Source of the DNA: Epiperipatus broadwayi
Lineage: Eukaryota; Animalia; Onychophora
Assembly (NCBI GenBank): GCA_028023455.1
Contig: JAQFVV010000008.1
Location: 7,812,001-7,876,000, forward strand
DNA: 64,000 nt
Direction of reading: 5' to 3'
The notes under the pieces are model-generated. The model searched no databases. It saw only the letters and a list, made by a program, of their open reading frames with translations, and had not been told where the DNA came from. Positions 1 through 12,051 of this stretch are shown piece after piece. The translations under genes and the position numbers were made by a program. Position 1 is the first letter of the stretch; every line of letters begins with the position of its first letter.

Positions 1-362
1 ACGAAAGAGAAAGCTTTCGCGTGTCTATCTCTTTGAAAAACTCTTCATGCATGTGTATGTTGAACACCTCCTGAATTCCTTCTTCAAACTTTTTATCTTT
101 CGTTAGATTTTTGCTTTCAAAGTTCTCTTTTTGGTAATTAGCACGGCTATATTTAATTGCCGATGTTACACTTCGCAGAACTTTTATCAATATTTAAAAT
201 CATTCATCTTCTCTCTCTTTTTTTTTAATTTAAAAAACCACAATGAATACTGCCTCAAAAGAAATTTTTTAATTTCAATCAAAAAAAGATTTATTATATA
301 CTTATATTCCATTTTCAGCAAAATCTTCTAATTCAACTGCCAACACACCTTGCACGGTTGCA
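1..362. repeat. Unclassified dispersed repeat, copy A (5' end outside window)
   Basis: Colinear with 5610-6026: shared blocks such as 'caaactttttatctttcgttagatttttgctttcaaagttctc', 'cacttcgcagaactttta' and the common end 'caacacaccttgcac(g/a)gttgca'. Confidence 0.85.
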
Positions 363-639
363 GCACCACCCACCCCGCCCTCACTCCCTGGTTAATCATG
401 AGAGTAAACTAGGTATTTTGGCTAGTTTATTCTACTTAATGTTCATAGTATACTTCTGTTTATTTACTACCCCCCAATCTTCATGCAGTGTCTTAGGTTA
501 TATGGTTTTAAAGCTTCTGCGTTATATGTGCCTCTTTCCCCTTTATCATTTGCCAGTGTAAAAGCGTTTGGCTTATTTTCTTTTATTATGCGATATGGGT
601 CTTCATATATATTTTGAAATTTTTTGAAAATGTGTCTAT

Positions 640-3600
640 CTTGCATGACTTACTAAGTTACTCCTGACCAATACTTGATCCCCTACTCTAAACATAGTTG
701 TCCCTATGCCCTGTCTTCATACCCTTACCTCCACCCAATGCGCCAGTCATTCTTGTGTTCTCTTCCGGTCTGTCTCCTGGTCAATTTGCTCTGGAAGAAC
801 TGGTAATCTCGACATATAATACCGGCACAGGTTGACGAAAATGGAGCCGAATTGGAGAAAAGCCCATCGATTCACTGTTCATCCAATTCATATAATTTAC
901 AATGCGTGGCAGTTGTCTCGTCCACTCCTTATGGTCTGTTGAAATATAAACTCTGAAAAGGCTTCCCTATTTTCTCATAACATACTCACACGGGTTAGAC
1001 TGAGGGTTTTTGATAGATGATAAGACATGCTGTACTCCAGTATTTTCCGACCAGTCCTGCCATTCCTTAGATACAAAGGGTTTCTAATACTCTAACAATG
1101 CTTTTCGCATTGGCTTGGGCTATTGGGTATGCGGTTACCCATTTGGAGAATACATCATAAGCTACCAGGGTATATCTCCTTTCTTCGGTGCCTAGGTAAA
1201 TGGACCATAGAAATCTACTGCCACCAGATCATTTGGTCTCTGAGGAATAATGGCTTGATGGGGACCTTCATATGGTCTATTTGGCGGTTTTGTATTTTGA
1301 CAGGTTTCACACTTCTTTATTACCCATGTCACATGCGGTCTTATTCCCACCCAGTAGAACCATGTCTAACAATTTCACCTTGTCTACCCTGTTGTGTCCA
1401 TATATACAATAAGTATTTAAACTTTCTTGTAGTTTCTTGGGTACTATCATTCTTCACTTGTCTTCTTTTACATCTGCCAAGTACAATATCCCTTTGCTCA
1501 AACAGTATCTCGCTTGCAGGTCGCATCTTATCTCTGTCACTCCCTTAAATGTTTCAAGTCTTTACAGATTTATCTTCTATTGTCCATATTGTTGCTATAA
1601 TGACATTGTCAATCTGTAAATGATTTGATAATGAGGGGCCTGGGTTCCGGCTCAACGCGTCCACTACCACATTTTTTGCCCCTCTACAATACTGCAGTAA
1701 TTAACTCTTGGAGGAAGAGGCTCCATTGTATTAATCGACTGTTTGAGAGGTAACTGTGATTCAAAAATTCCAGACTTATGATCCGATCTCACAAATACCT
1801 CGACCCAACAAAAAATTGCCTAAATTTTTGAGTCCAAACCGCAGCAAGCGCTTCTTTCTCACTTACTGAATAATTTTTTTCTGGACCTCATAGTGGATGG
1901 CTGCTAAAATACAATACTTCATATCTACCATCTTGCTTTTGCATCAAAGTGGCTCCTAGCCTATATCCACTACTATCTGCCTGTATGATGAATGGTTTAT
2001 ATGAGCATGACCTCACTTTAAAAAAAAAATTCTCTTTGTCTCTTAAAACCTGTTACTTGTTTTGTTCCCATTTTCATGGCGATCTTTCTGTAATAATTAT
2101 GGTTAGTGGTTCCATGTCTGGCGAAATTATCATAGAATTTACTATAGAATGTACGTAGACCCAGGAACAATCTGACTTGCTTTTTATTACTGGGTGTGGG
2201 AAAGTCTCCAATGGCCTGGATTTTCTCCAGATGTGACTTGATGCCTTTATCACTGACCAAGTGCACAAAAAATTTCACTTCTGTAGCCGTTATCCAGCTT
2301 TTCTGCAGATTAATCCTAATGTTTTTATTCTGACATTTTTGCAGAAATAACTTCAGGTGCTGTACATGTTCTTCCATGTTTTTGACGCAATTATAACATG
2401 TCCGTGTATATGGTTACCAAGTCCTTTATTTCTTTCTTGCACGGTCCAAGCATTTTAATAATCCTGCTCCAATTATTCTTCAATCCAAAGAGTATCCTAT
2501 TAAAGTGGTATGACTTTCCATTGTATCGAAAGGCCGTATATTTACAATCTGCTGGATGTAGCCTTATCTGCCAATAGCTGACAGTCAGATCCAGCGTTGA
2601 GAACACTTTCTTGCCTCAAAATTTTGTTAACGCCATTAATTGGCAGCGGTACATTTTGGTCAGGCCATGTGATTTTATTTAATTGCCTAGCATCTAAGCA
2701 TAGTCTTATCAAGTTAATCTTTTTTTTTTTTTACTATTAACAAAGGGTTATTATATATGGATGATGCTTTTGATATAATCCTTCAGTCCTCCATTTGATC
2801 GAGTTGTTTCTCCACCTCCGTCTTATATTGATGGGGCACCAGTTAGGACTGTGTCTGCTATGGTTTACTCCCCATTACTTTGATATGGTGTTCATAACCT
2901 CTCCTAGAAAACATCCCTATATGTACATAGAAGATCTTTGAGATCTCGTCTGTTTCAATTCCTTTGTTTTATTATCAGATCTTCTGTAATTGCATATTAC
3001 ATAGTCTCTTTTTTTATCCTCAATTTTTGACCCTAAATGTATTATTTCACCATTGCATATAAATTCCTGTGTTTATAATCTATTAAACACACTGTTTTGT
3101 GCATGAATTCTGAACCAAAAATGGCATTGTGCACTAACCCTTTTAAAATCAGTATAATATGATGTATGTATCTCTGCCCTATTTTTAACTGTGCCCATAT
3201 TTGTTTGGTCTCCAACTGTGTTCTCCCATTGCTATTATGACCTGTGCTGCCTTTACTGGCAAGGTTTTGACATTTGTTTGTTGCTGAACTATCTTCTCGA
3301 AGATCTTTTCCAATATGACAGATACTTGACTGCCAGAATCGAACAGCGCCCATACTTTTACCTCGTTTATATGTATGTCAATCTTAGGACAATCTTGTGA
3401 TATAAAATTAATACTCCACCCATCCCACTCACAGATGAGATTGTCTATTCTTTTTGATTTATGTACGGTTCGACTTTGCTTTATCTTCCTTACAATATAT
3501 ATGATATCGAATTATCAACAACCGTTCAATTTTGTTTACTTCAAGTGCTATATATATATATATATATATTTGGTGTGTCAACTACATATATATATGTATT

Positions 3601-4207
3601 TCCTTCTTTCTACAAATTTCTTTAAAACTTAATTATTGACGTATATTTTATTTTGTAAATTAAATTTGTAGACTTCCCTCTCCCTCTTTATCACTTTTGA
3701 TTGTTGCCTGAATATCAATAATGTTGACACTCGCCTCAACAGATAGAGCAAAAAAAAAAAAACTTGCGCTGTATTTGTATATATTTTGTTCATTAAATTT
3801 TAAATTTGTAGACTTCCCTCTCCCTCTTTATCACTTTTGATTGTTGCCTGAATATTAATAATGTTGACACTCGCCTCAACAGATAGAGCAAAAAAAACTT
3901 GCGCTGTATTTGTATATAATTATGATGGTTTGTTGTTTCCGTCCACCTGTCCCCGTCCACCTGTCCCCTTTGTGTTTATTCAAAAGAACTTTTATATTTT
4001 ATTTCAAGCACATAATCTGTTGCAAAATATATAAACAAATCGTATTTTCCTCCTTTGCTGCTTGAAAGAAAACATATCACTTGTGTGTTATTGCAATATA
4101 TTTCATTCCCAATCTAAATTGCAAATACATTAATAACCTATTTTTCCCGTTGATTACTCCTATCTCAGGTCACTGTTTCTTCGAGTTTCATTGTTTGGGC
4201 GGCCATT
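640..4207 (-). mobile_element. Decayed Ty3/Gypsy LTR retrotransposon internal region (PR-RT-RH-IN), gag and LTRs not recognisable
   Basis: Minus-strand motifs in Gypsy order. Protease ALFDSGSQVSVI (~3320-3350). RT FSTLDLTVSYWQI…YTAF…FGLKN (2391-2606) and EEHVQHL…VKFF…PTPSNKKQVRLFLGL (2018-2377). RNase H IQADSSGYRLGATLMQ and KNYSVSEKEALA (~1780-1990). Integrase zinc finger KKCETCQ (~1300), then VAVDFYGPF…DVFSKWV…NPQSNPCE (~990-1230). Many stops and frameshifts. Outer limits approximate; PBS-like TGGCCGCCCAA near 4195-4206. Confidence 0.9.
3661..3917. repeat. Direct tandem duplication, period 140 bp
   Basis: 'taaatttgtagacttccctctccctctttatcac…cttgcgctgtatttgtatata' starts at 3661 and again at 3801; nearly identical apart from one substitution and A-run length. 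Confidence 0.95.
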
Positions 4208-5026
4208 GTACTATTTTTTTGTCTATTATGTACTTATTAGACTCGAACAGCGATGTGTTTAGATATATATATCTTGTGAATATATTTGTTACTTACCACG
4301 CTCACATCTAATCTATATTGTGGAACCTACCCAATTAAGTTTTAGTGTAAGCATTATATATTTCCAGGTAATATGATCCTAATTATAATGTGTTAATTCG
4401 GACATATGCACTGATTAGCATCATCTATCTAAGCCTTAATGTAAACAAAAAAAATTAACCTATTTAAATTATAGGCTAAATTTCCCTTCCAGTCATATTT
4501 AATAGATTAAATTTATTTTTTTATTAGGTGCCAGGATGTTATTTAAACATTCCTATTAAATCGACAATGAAGTGATCTTTACCCTGAATCAAAATCGCTC
4601 TCTCTCTAACAATTCCCTCCGATATTTATGAACTAATGAAAATATATATGTATGAGTATCTTAATACCTGAATAATTAATTTAAAATACAATAAAGTATG
4701 TTGGTAGCAACAGTTGAATTTTTAAAGAAGACTGCTGAGAGAATGCATTTACTAGACCTGAACAAACGACACATTGTATCTTTTTTTTTATTTATTTTAG
4801 GTATACTTATTTTAAGTTAATCAATGAATAAAAAAAAATTGTGCAATATAATAACTATAAAGTTTTCAGGGATCGATTAATCGTATTTATAGTTCATGGT
4901 GGTCTGTCAAATTTTATTTACTTTTCTCTTCTTTTTTTTTTTTGTAGTTAGGTGATATATAGAATATCTCTGAAAGTTATTTCAATAAACATTATAAGTT
5001 CAAAGTTGATTTCTCACTGGTCAGAT

Positions 5027-5374
5027 CAGGGGGTCCCCAACCTTTTTGCACTTAAGAGCACATTCTTTAATACCAGCCAGGTGACGGGCACCATTTATTT
5101 TTTCAATGTAAATTTATATTGGATATTGTTAATAATACCCATAATGTATTTCAAAAATAAAATGTTAACATATAATTAACGTTTATATTTTTACGCTGTA
5201 AAAGTATAGTATGCCCTACAATTTGATTACAATATAATACAATAATTTATAAGAAATTTTAAAAATTACTTTGTATCAGATAAATAATTTTTTATCGTGT
5301 TCGGATAGCGGCGGCACACATAAAATGGTCTGCAGGCACCATGGTGCCCATGGGCATAGGGTTGGGGACCCCTG
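5027..5374. mobile_element. hAT-superfamily MITE (348 bp)
   Basis: TIRs cagggggtccccaacc / ggttggggacccctg; flanking 8-mers ggtcagat (5019-5026) and ggtaagat (5375-5382) match 7/8, consistent with the 8-bp hAT TSD. Confidence 0.85.
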
Positions 5375-5609
5375 GGTAAGATTGTTCTGTAGATTAGTCT
5401 TTTTTTTTTTATAATAAATATGATTCTTAGATTTTTTTCTCGATGATTCACAAGTTAGGTTTAACTTCGACGCGAGGCTTCCGTTTCAGGCATTTTTTAA
5501 AATCATACGGATGTTTCGGGGGGGGGGGTCGACAGTGTATAGGCATTCTAGCCGCCCATCTGAATATCGGCAACTAGCTCGAGGTAATACTGCATCTTGT
5601 GGCATATGT

Positions 5610-6026
5610 ACGAAAAAGAAAGCTTTTTCGTGTTTATCCCTTTGAAAAACTTTTCTTTTCATGCATATTAATGTTGAACACCTGAATTCCTTCAAACTTT
5701 TTATCTTTCGTTAGATTTTTGCTTTCAAAGTTCTCTTTTTTGTAACTACCGAGGCTATATTTAATTGCTGAGTCACACTTCGCAGAACTTTTATTATATT
5801 TAAAATCAATCGTATTTTATTATTAAACTTCTCTCTCTTTTTTTTTAATTAAAAAAAAACACAAGTATTGCCTCAAAAAAACAGAAATTTTCTAATTTCA
5901 ATCAAATAAAGATTTATTATATATTTTATTTATGTAAATGCAAATCCACCTAATTTACTTTTATTTTCTTATATTCCATTCTCAGCAAAATCTAATTCAA
6001 CTACCAACACACCTTGCACAGTTGCA
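5610..6026. repeat. Unclassified dispersed repeat, copy B (may begin further left, ~5450)
   Basis: Same sequence as 1-362 with small indels; ends at 'accttgcacagttgca' followed by an (AT)n run. Confidence 0.85.
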
Positions 6027-6149
6027 ATATATATATATATTGTTTTCTTGATCATTTTGGAAAGAAGAAAAGTAATGAAGATATGAAAGAAAAAAAATTA
6101 TCAGAACTCACAATAAAAGAATGATTAGATAATTTCAACATCTGGCTTA

Positions 6150-6420
6150 CATAAGAAATCAAGAATGCAGTTGGGAATATACATCTGAGAACTGCAAATA
6201 CCATAGCGAGTTCTATAAAAAATCTTTCACAAGATGAAACTTTAGGCTCATAAATTTACAAAATTCTTTATCAAACAACTGATTCAATAGGTAGATTAGG
6301 AGAGGCGATACAACAAGAGAGTTTATACAACGGAAATTAATGAGAAAATTAAAATATATCAAAGAAACATATAACTTCTATTATGCAAAGCAATTCTTGT
6401 CATTGTTTAGAATAAAATTT
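6150..6420 (+). mobile_element. Possible very old Penelope-like (GIY-YIG) fragment
   Basis: Interrupted reading QLGIY…RTANTI…IYKIL…HCLE resembles the region leading into the Penelope endonuclease; heavily degraded. Confidence 0.3.
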
Positions 6421-6515
6421 TGTGTGTCTTAAATGTAAAATATGTTATTGATTATGACAAATTATTTTTTCTAGATGTTTTATCTGTTTTAAATCAAATA
6501 TATATCTATTTGCAG

Positions 6516-6583
6516 GTCGGAGAAGTGAAGGTAAGCGTAGGGAAATTGAGGATGAAGAAGGTTGGAGAACTGTGAAACATTAA
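6516..6583 (+). CDS. Terminal coding exon (G)RRSEGKRREIEDEEGWRTVKH* of a plus-strand gene whose other exons lie upstream; C-terminus resembles eIF3a (DEDGWTTVRR-type motif)
   Basis: Acceptor 'atctatttgcag|GT'. Purine-rich 68-nt segment, open in one frame (phase 1) to TAA at 6581-6583, followed by a U-rich 3'UTR-like tract and AATAAA at 6771. The eIF3a similarity is from memory of a short motif only. Confidence 0.55.
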
Positions 6584-6770
6584 ATTAATTTTATACTTGT
6601 ACATTTTTTTTCTTTTAAAAATGGGAAATTTAAATTGGAATTGTAAAATTCTATTGAATTGTTATTACCTTCGTTTTGAATATATTCAATTGAAGGTTAA
6701 TATATATATATAGCCCCCTAGTTAAAGGGTTGGCATCAACCATGTTGAAAAATACTGTTATTTTGTGCAA

Positions 6771-6776
6771 AATAAA
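6771..6776 (+). terminator. Candidate polyadenylation signal for the upstream plus-strand gene
   Basis: AATAAA about 190 nt after the stop at 6583. Confidence 0.3.
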
Positions 6777-7064
6777 CAAAAATATATATATATGCTTATA
6801 ATTTAATATTGACAAAATATTAATAAAAATAGTAAATTGAATTTTAAAAATGTGTTCTTTCTTGTTTCAAAAATACAATTACATAATGTTTTTACATGGT
6901 AAACATATTTTTTAAAAATTCATATATAAAAAAGATATCCATATGGAAAATTGATTTAAAGACCTTAAAAATAGTAAAAATCATGTAATAAAACATAAGG
7001 AAATTAATAGAATATGTTCAAATAATTACATTAAAATACTAATTCCTCTTTTCTGTGTATACAT

Positions 7065-8973
7065 TATAACGGGACGATCCTTTTCAGGACTCGAGGAAGT
7101 CGCATCTACCTATAGTCGGACTTTCAGTCTTTTTATAGAATGCCACGGATGATGTGATTTAAAATATAATCCAATCCACTCCTCTATTAATAACCTCGTT
7201 ACTCTCGGAATTCTAGCTCAGAGTAGAAATCGCAATTGACTCTCTTCAGGCATTTCCACAAATATCCCATAGTAATGATAAATTTAGTATAAGCTATATA
7301 TAACTTTTTTATAAATATTAAATCACTAAGTTGATTCAACATATATATGCGAGAGTATGTATATTTATACTTATTGGTTTTATAAAATGACTAAATAAAA
7401 TAAACAAACGAGACCTGTTTAATTTTAAAATCAAGTTTAACACATTTTAATCCGTAATAGAAACAAAAATATTATCACATAAATAATAAAAATATTAAAA
7501 TTTAGAATTATAATCTGTGCTTATATATATATACAATGATAAACTATTTAACATTCAGAAAAAACATAATGTAATTATTTACATATATATAATTTAAAAT
7601 CATGTGTACAATAAATAATACCACCATACATTATAAATCTACGTCTTGTGTCATTAAAATGATTCAGTGTGTGTTATATGTCTATATAAGATAACGTCCA
7701 TTCACACTAGATTAATAATAGAATGTATTCTGATATTAATTATGTTATTGTTTAAAAAGAAATTATGATAATTGTCAGGTAAGGTTCAATTTGGAATATA
7801 ATAAAACTTCCAAATTGAAATAATTTAAAAACTTTTACCTTAGTCAGCCGTCACTTTCACCAGAGCATATATCAACATCTAAATTTTATTAAATAAATAA
7901 AAATAAAACGTTCATCTTATCAGTTCTCCAATTTAATATATGAAGTAATTTTTCCACGTAAATATAATTATCCCCAAAGGAAATAAAGTTTAAGAGTTAT
8001 TAAAGTGCACAATGAAGTATTCCAAGATGGGAAAGAATAATGGCTTCATATTCCTCCTTAGACGAAATAAAATGACGATGAATGTTGAAAAGTAAAGTTG
8101 CTTGATCATCCTTCGAAGAGGTAATCCAAATATTCATTCTTTTAAATATTTGCGTAGTAAAATATTTAAAATCTTCAATATAATATTCCATTATTAAGGC
8201 AACTTTTTTAGTGGAAATTACGATGATTATACTTTAGGCATTAAGTAGGAATAAATTTACATGTTCAAGTTTAAAACATCAGCAGAAATCCTTGGGATAA
8301 ATTGTCTAGCCAAAGAACATCTTTATAAATTTTTGTCTTCTTAAACATATATTTTGAAAACTCATTTTGAAGACGTTGATAACTTTTATAACCTTGTCAA
8401 TTTCAATGATTATTTTTTTATAGTTCTTTATAATATTAAAAGTAAGTAAATTAATTACTTGACAGTTTTAAAATAGTGAATCTTCTTTTTTTCTTAAATG
8501 TGTTCTAAATTCCAACACATTTAATTGCCTTGATAACTAAATAGAAGATTATTATATAACAATATTAGTTCGTTTTTATACTGGATTAATTTCTGCAAGC
8601 ATATCACATAATCATGCTCAAGCTATCTATTGTTTAAAATATACAATTTGTAATGAACTCCAAACGTTTATTTCCTTTGTTTCAACTGATAAAAATGCAA
8701 TGTTGACTTAAGGCTTTGTCAAATGTCAAGTTTTAGTTAATAAAATAAAAAAATACTATTAGTTGGAAACATTTATTTATGTCTGTGTATAAACAAATTA
8801 GAATTCATTTTTAGAATTATTCTTTTAATACTAACTAGTTTATGTATATAACTGATATATGAAAAGCTTAAGATAGGTGTATGTTATTTATATCTGTTGA
8901 TTCGATATAGGCATAGTTAAATTCACAAAGAAACACAAATTGTTTTAGATGAGACTCATATGGTACTCTCATA
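7065..8973 (-). repeat. 3' LTR of the long-LTR element
   Basis: Matches 12052-13891 throughout; plus-strand end '…ggtactctcata' is followed directly by C11. Confidence 0.92.
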
Positions 8974-8984
8974 CCCCCCCCCCC
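8974..8984 (-). other. Polypurine tract (G11)
   Basis: Run of 11 C on the plus strand abutting the 3' LTR. Confidence 0.85.
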
Positions 8985-9586
8985 TTAAAAGAGTTCAAAT
9001 TTTATATTTACCATTAAAATTTGGACACTTAATGTGTGTCAATGTTTGCATTAAATATAAAGTTGTGGAGCTTGTTTTTCTTTCCTGCTTTTATCAACCC
9101 TTATTATTTGCTGTATTTTTTTCTAACCCTTTAATCTTTCTCTATATTAAGCATCATTTAATTTAAATAAAAGGACAAGGCGGTTTATATATATAGGGTT
9201 CTTTCTTTTTCTTCCCTTTTTTATTTATTTTTCTTTGATGGATTTATTGTCATGTGCCTCTTTTATAGATGACTCATATGTTTGTTTGGTAGTCTCCATC
9301 CTGCTTTTCTTTAAGACTTATGGACTCTTTTGAGAACTATCCAAAACATAAGAACATTCAGCATGGATTAACTTTTAAAACGGTTTTAGTTTTCAGGTAT
9401 CCTAAGAATTTTAATTGCTTAACATACCCTCATCAAAGAAAATTAATGTCTCTTTTGACTTATATACATCCTTATACATATATATATATACTTTTAAATG
9501 AAAACTTTTTCTCTCCTTACCTATTCCATGTGATCTTTTCTTTCAACATTTTGCTCTATACATAAGTAGAATGTGGTAAAACATTA

Positions 9587-9919
9587 TTAATTCGTTTGAT
9601 CAAAACAGGGTTTTAAAGCTCTAGCATTGTAAGTGCCTTTAATGTCTCCCTTTATATTTATCCTGAATGCATTGGGACCTGTTTGCTTTATGATAGTATA
9701 AGGTCCTTCATATTGATGGTAAAACTTTTGATATTTGCTCTCTTGGGGTTTACTCATATGAGGTGTTTTTATAAAAACTTGATCCCCAATTTTGAACTTG
9801 TGTGAAATTGTCTTCACATTTTTATTTCTTTGACTGGTCTTTTTTTTAACAAATTGTTTATAAGCTTTTACTTTATCTTCTCTTGTATCCATATATATAT
9901 GCACAAAGCGCATTTGCAT
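9587..9919 (-). pseudogene. Gypsy integrase C-terminal (GPY/F) domain remnant
   Basis: FKIGDQVFIK…KFYHQYEGPYTIIKQTGPNAFRI…YNARALKP matches the GPY/F module; the catalytic core is absent upstream. Confidence 0.8.
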
Positions 9920-10313
9920 TGGCTTAATGCTGATTGTTATTACAATTTAACAACATCACGCTATATAAAATGTCTTATTTATATATATCCATATCAAAAT
10001 ATATAATAATGGACTTGCATTTTATAAGTAGTGTCAACATCAGATTGCATTATCGTGATGCTTAATTGATCTACCATTATTACTTATTTAACTAACCATA
10101 ACTTGTACTCTAATAAACCTGTGTATATATATATTTTTTTATACTTTGGTTAACTTGATACATTTTTTTTTTATTAATATCTACTTCACTTAATTATATA
10201 CATTTATTCTCTTAAAAGAACAGCCTAATGAATTCTATCATTACCAAAAGTCCATTGTCACACTCCAAAGTTGTAATCTATGAAGTCCTTCCTTATATGT
10301 GTGCTTTACCTTT

Positions 10314-11724
10314 TTAAGCACATCCATTGACATGTTCAATGAACGTGAAGGGACTTTCATAAGTATTACACAACCTATGGAATTGTGAACCTTTCTGTCT
10401 CTTAGCTTGTCTTATAAATATCTTTATTATTGTCTGAAGACTTTTTATAATTAGTTCATCTTCAGGATTATGGTGATGCTTCATACACCATAATTTACAC
10501 TTAAGACAATTGAATCCATTACCTTCATTCATATCTTCTAAATTAAACATTCTATTAAGACAACCTATCATTGATAATGATATTATCAGATGGTTGTCAT
10601 GCAATTTATCAACACATTGATGAAATGTTTTACTTTTGTTCTGGGAGTAAATACACATATGGTGGAATGACTCAAAATATACTTCACAATTGTATTCATC
10701 TATTATATCTTTAGATAGTGGAGTCATCTCAAGTTTCATGAGTTCATGATTTAACTTGTTATTAATACAAGAAATCTGAAGTCTTAATTTATCTAGACAT
10801 TCAGTATTATCATTTGATTGTGCTTCTCTGAATTCCTGAGATTTGGAATTTAATTTATATTCCACATTATCCATATCCTCTTTTCTTTCTAAGATATTTG
10901 GATCAGGTTCAAGCACTTTATTAATGCTGCAATGATCTACTTCATTGCTCTGCTGTATGGTAAAATGATAGTCATGGCAGTTTTTTTCTGAAATATTCAT
11001 TTGAACTAAAAATGATTTGTTCTGGATGCTGTCATTATATTTGCGGACCTCATGCTCAGGGTAAGCTTTGGATTCTTGGCATTGAATTGCCATCGATATT
11101 GTTGATGCTTTTGTGTCATGAAGTCTTTCTACTTCATTGGCAGTTTGTTTCTTTTCAACAACAACTTTGATTTCTACTTGCATCTTTTCCTTAACATCAT
11201 CAATATTTTTCTTTAACTCTTCTTTTATAGAAATTATATCTTTTTTTAATTTCAATTCCACATTATCCATATCAACTTTAGTTACCATATTATCATTCAT
11301 TCTAGCCATTTCTCCCTTCATATCAGCATTCATTTTATTTATATCAGTTTTTATATTATTCATATCAGCTTTTATATTATTCATTTCTACTTTAGTTACC
11401 ATATTATCATTCATTCTATTCATCTTTGCTTCCATGCTAACTTGTAGATTGCATTATCATCTGAACCAATTGAGCTATATGCTTATCACTTTCTTGTACT
11501 GTTATAGCTTCAGTTTCTTTTTGTGTTTGAGGTAATATTTGATCTGTCATGTGAACTTGTAAAGGATGTTCAACTTCTGCTACAGACCCCTCAGACATTA
11601 GGACTTGTAAAGATCCTTGTTCATTACTAATTGAAGTAATTTCTATTTCACTATCTTTATTGCTTAATTCTTCGAAACTTTTTACTTCCATTATTATTAG
11701 CTTTTTCCCACTTCTAGTTATCAT
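10314..11724 (-). pseudogene. Gag-position ORF (~470 codons, one frameshift at ~11436): coiled-coil N-terminal half and Cys/His-rich C-terminal half
   Basis: Track ORFs 11437-11724 (MITRSGKK…) and 10314-11435 abut with a 1-nt frame offset. The MxTRS start and heptad repeats (KADMNNI/KTDINKM) are typical of arthropod Gypsy gag N-termini. No CCHC knuckle or protease motif seen. Confidence 0.65.
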
Positions 11725-12040
11725 TAATGAAAAATTTCTAATGTTATATATATAAATTACTTTCTTTACAAAGTTATACTTTAATATATGCCATAAGATT
11801 TCATGTTGTGTTTATGACCTACTTTTGTAAGATGTTATATATTTTAATGCCCAAACTATAATCGTATTTATTTATTTATTTTAAAGCGACTGATTTATCT
11901 GTTTACTACGGTTTATTTTATTTCAAGGTCTCTTATTTATTATTCAGTGTTTTTACCAATTCACAACATACTCATATAATTTTTTTTTAAAAAAAAACTA
12001 TGGATTTAACTAATTGAAAACTACTGTTTCATGCCTTAAG

Positions 12041-12051
12041 TATGGGCGCCA
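12041..12051 (-). other. Primer-binding site, tRNA-Lys(CUU)-type
   Basis: Minus strand reads …TACA|TGGCGCCCATA; TGGCGCCCA is complementary to the tRNA-Lys(CUU) 3' end (…UGGGCGCCA). Confidence 0.75.

Noticed and set aside
8000-8191. 63-aa ORF present in both long LTRs (also 12960-13151)
   Set aside because: Presence in both LTRs is expected from LTR identity. The two copies differ at 8 amino acids but only about one synonymous site, and the third copy (~39378-39510) has a stop and a frameshift. No evidence of coding constraint.
11137-11535. 132-aa hydrophobic plus-strand ORF (also 60992-61201, 61764-61985, 62478-62693, 22558-22779)
   Set aside because: Antisense shadows of A-rich coding frames on the other strand.
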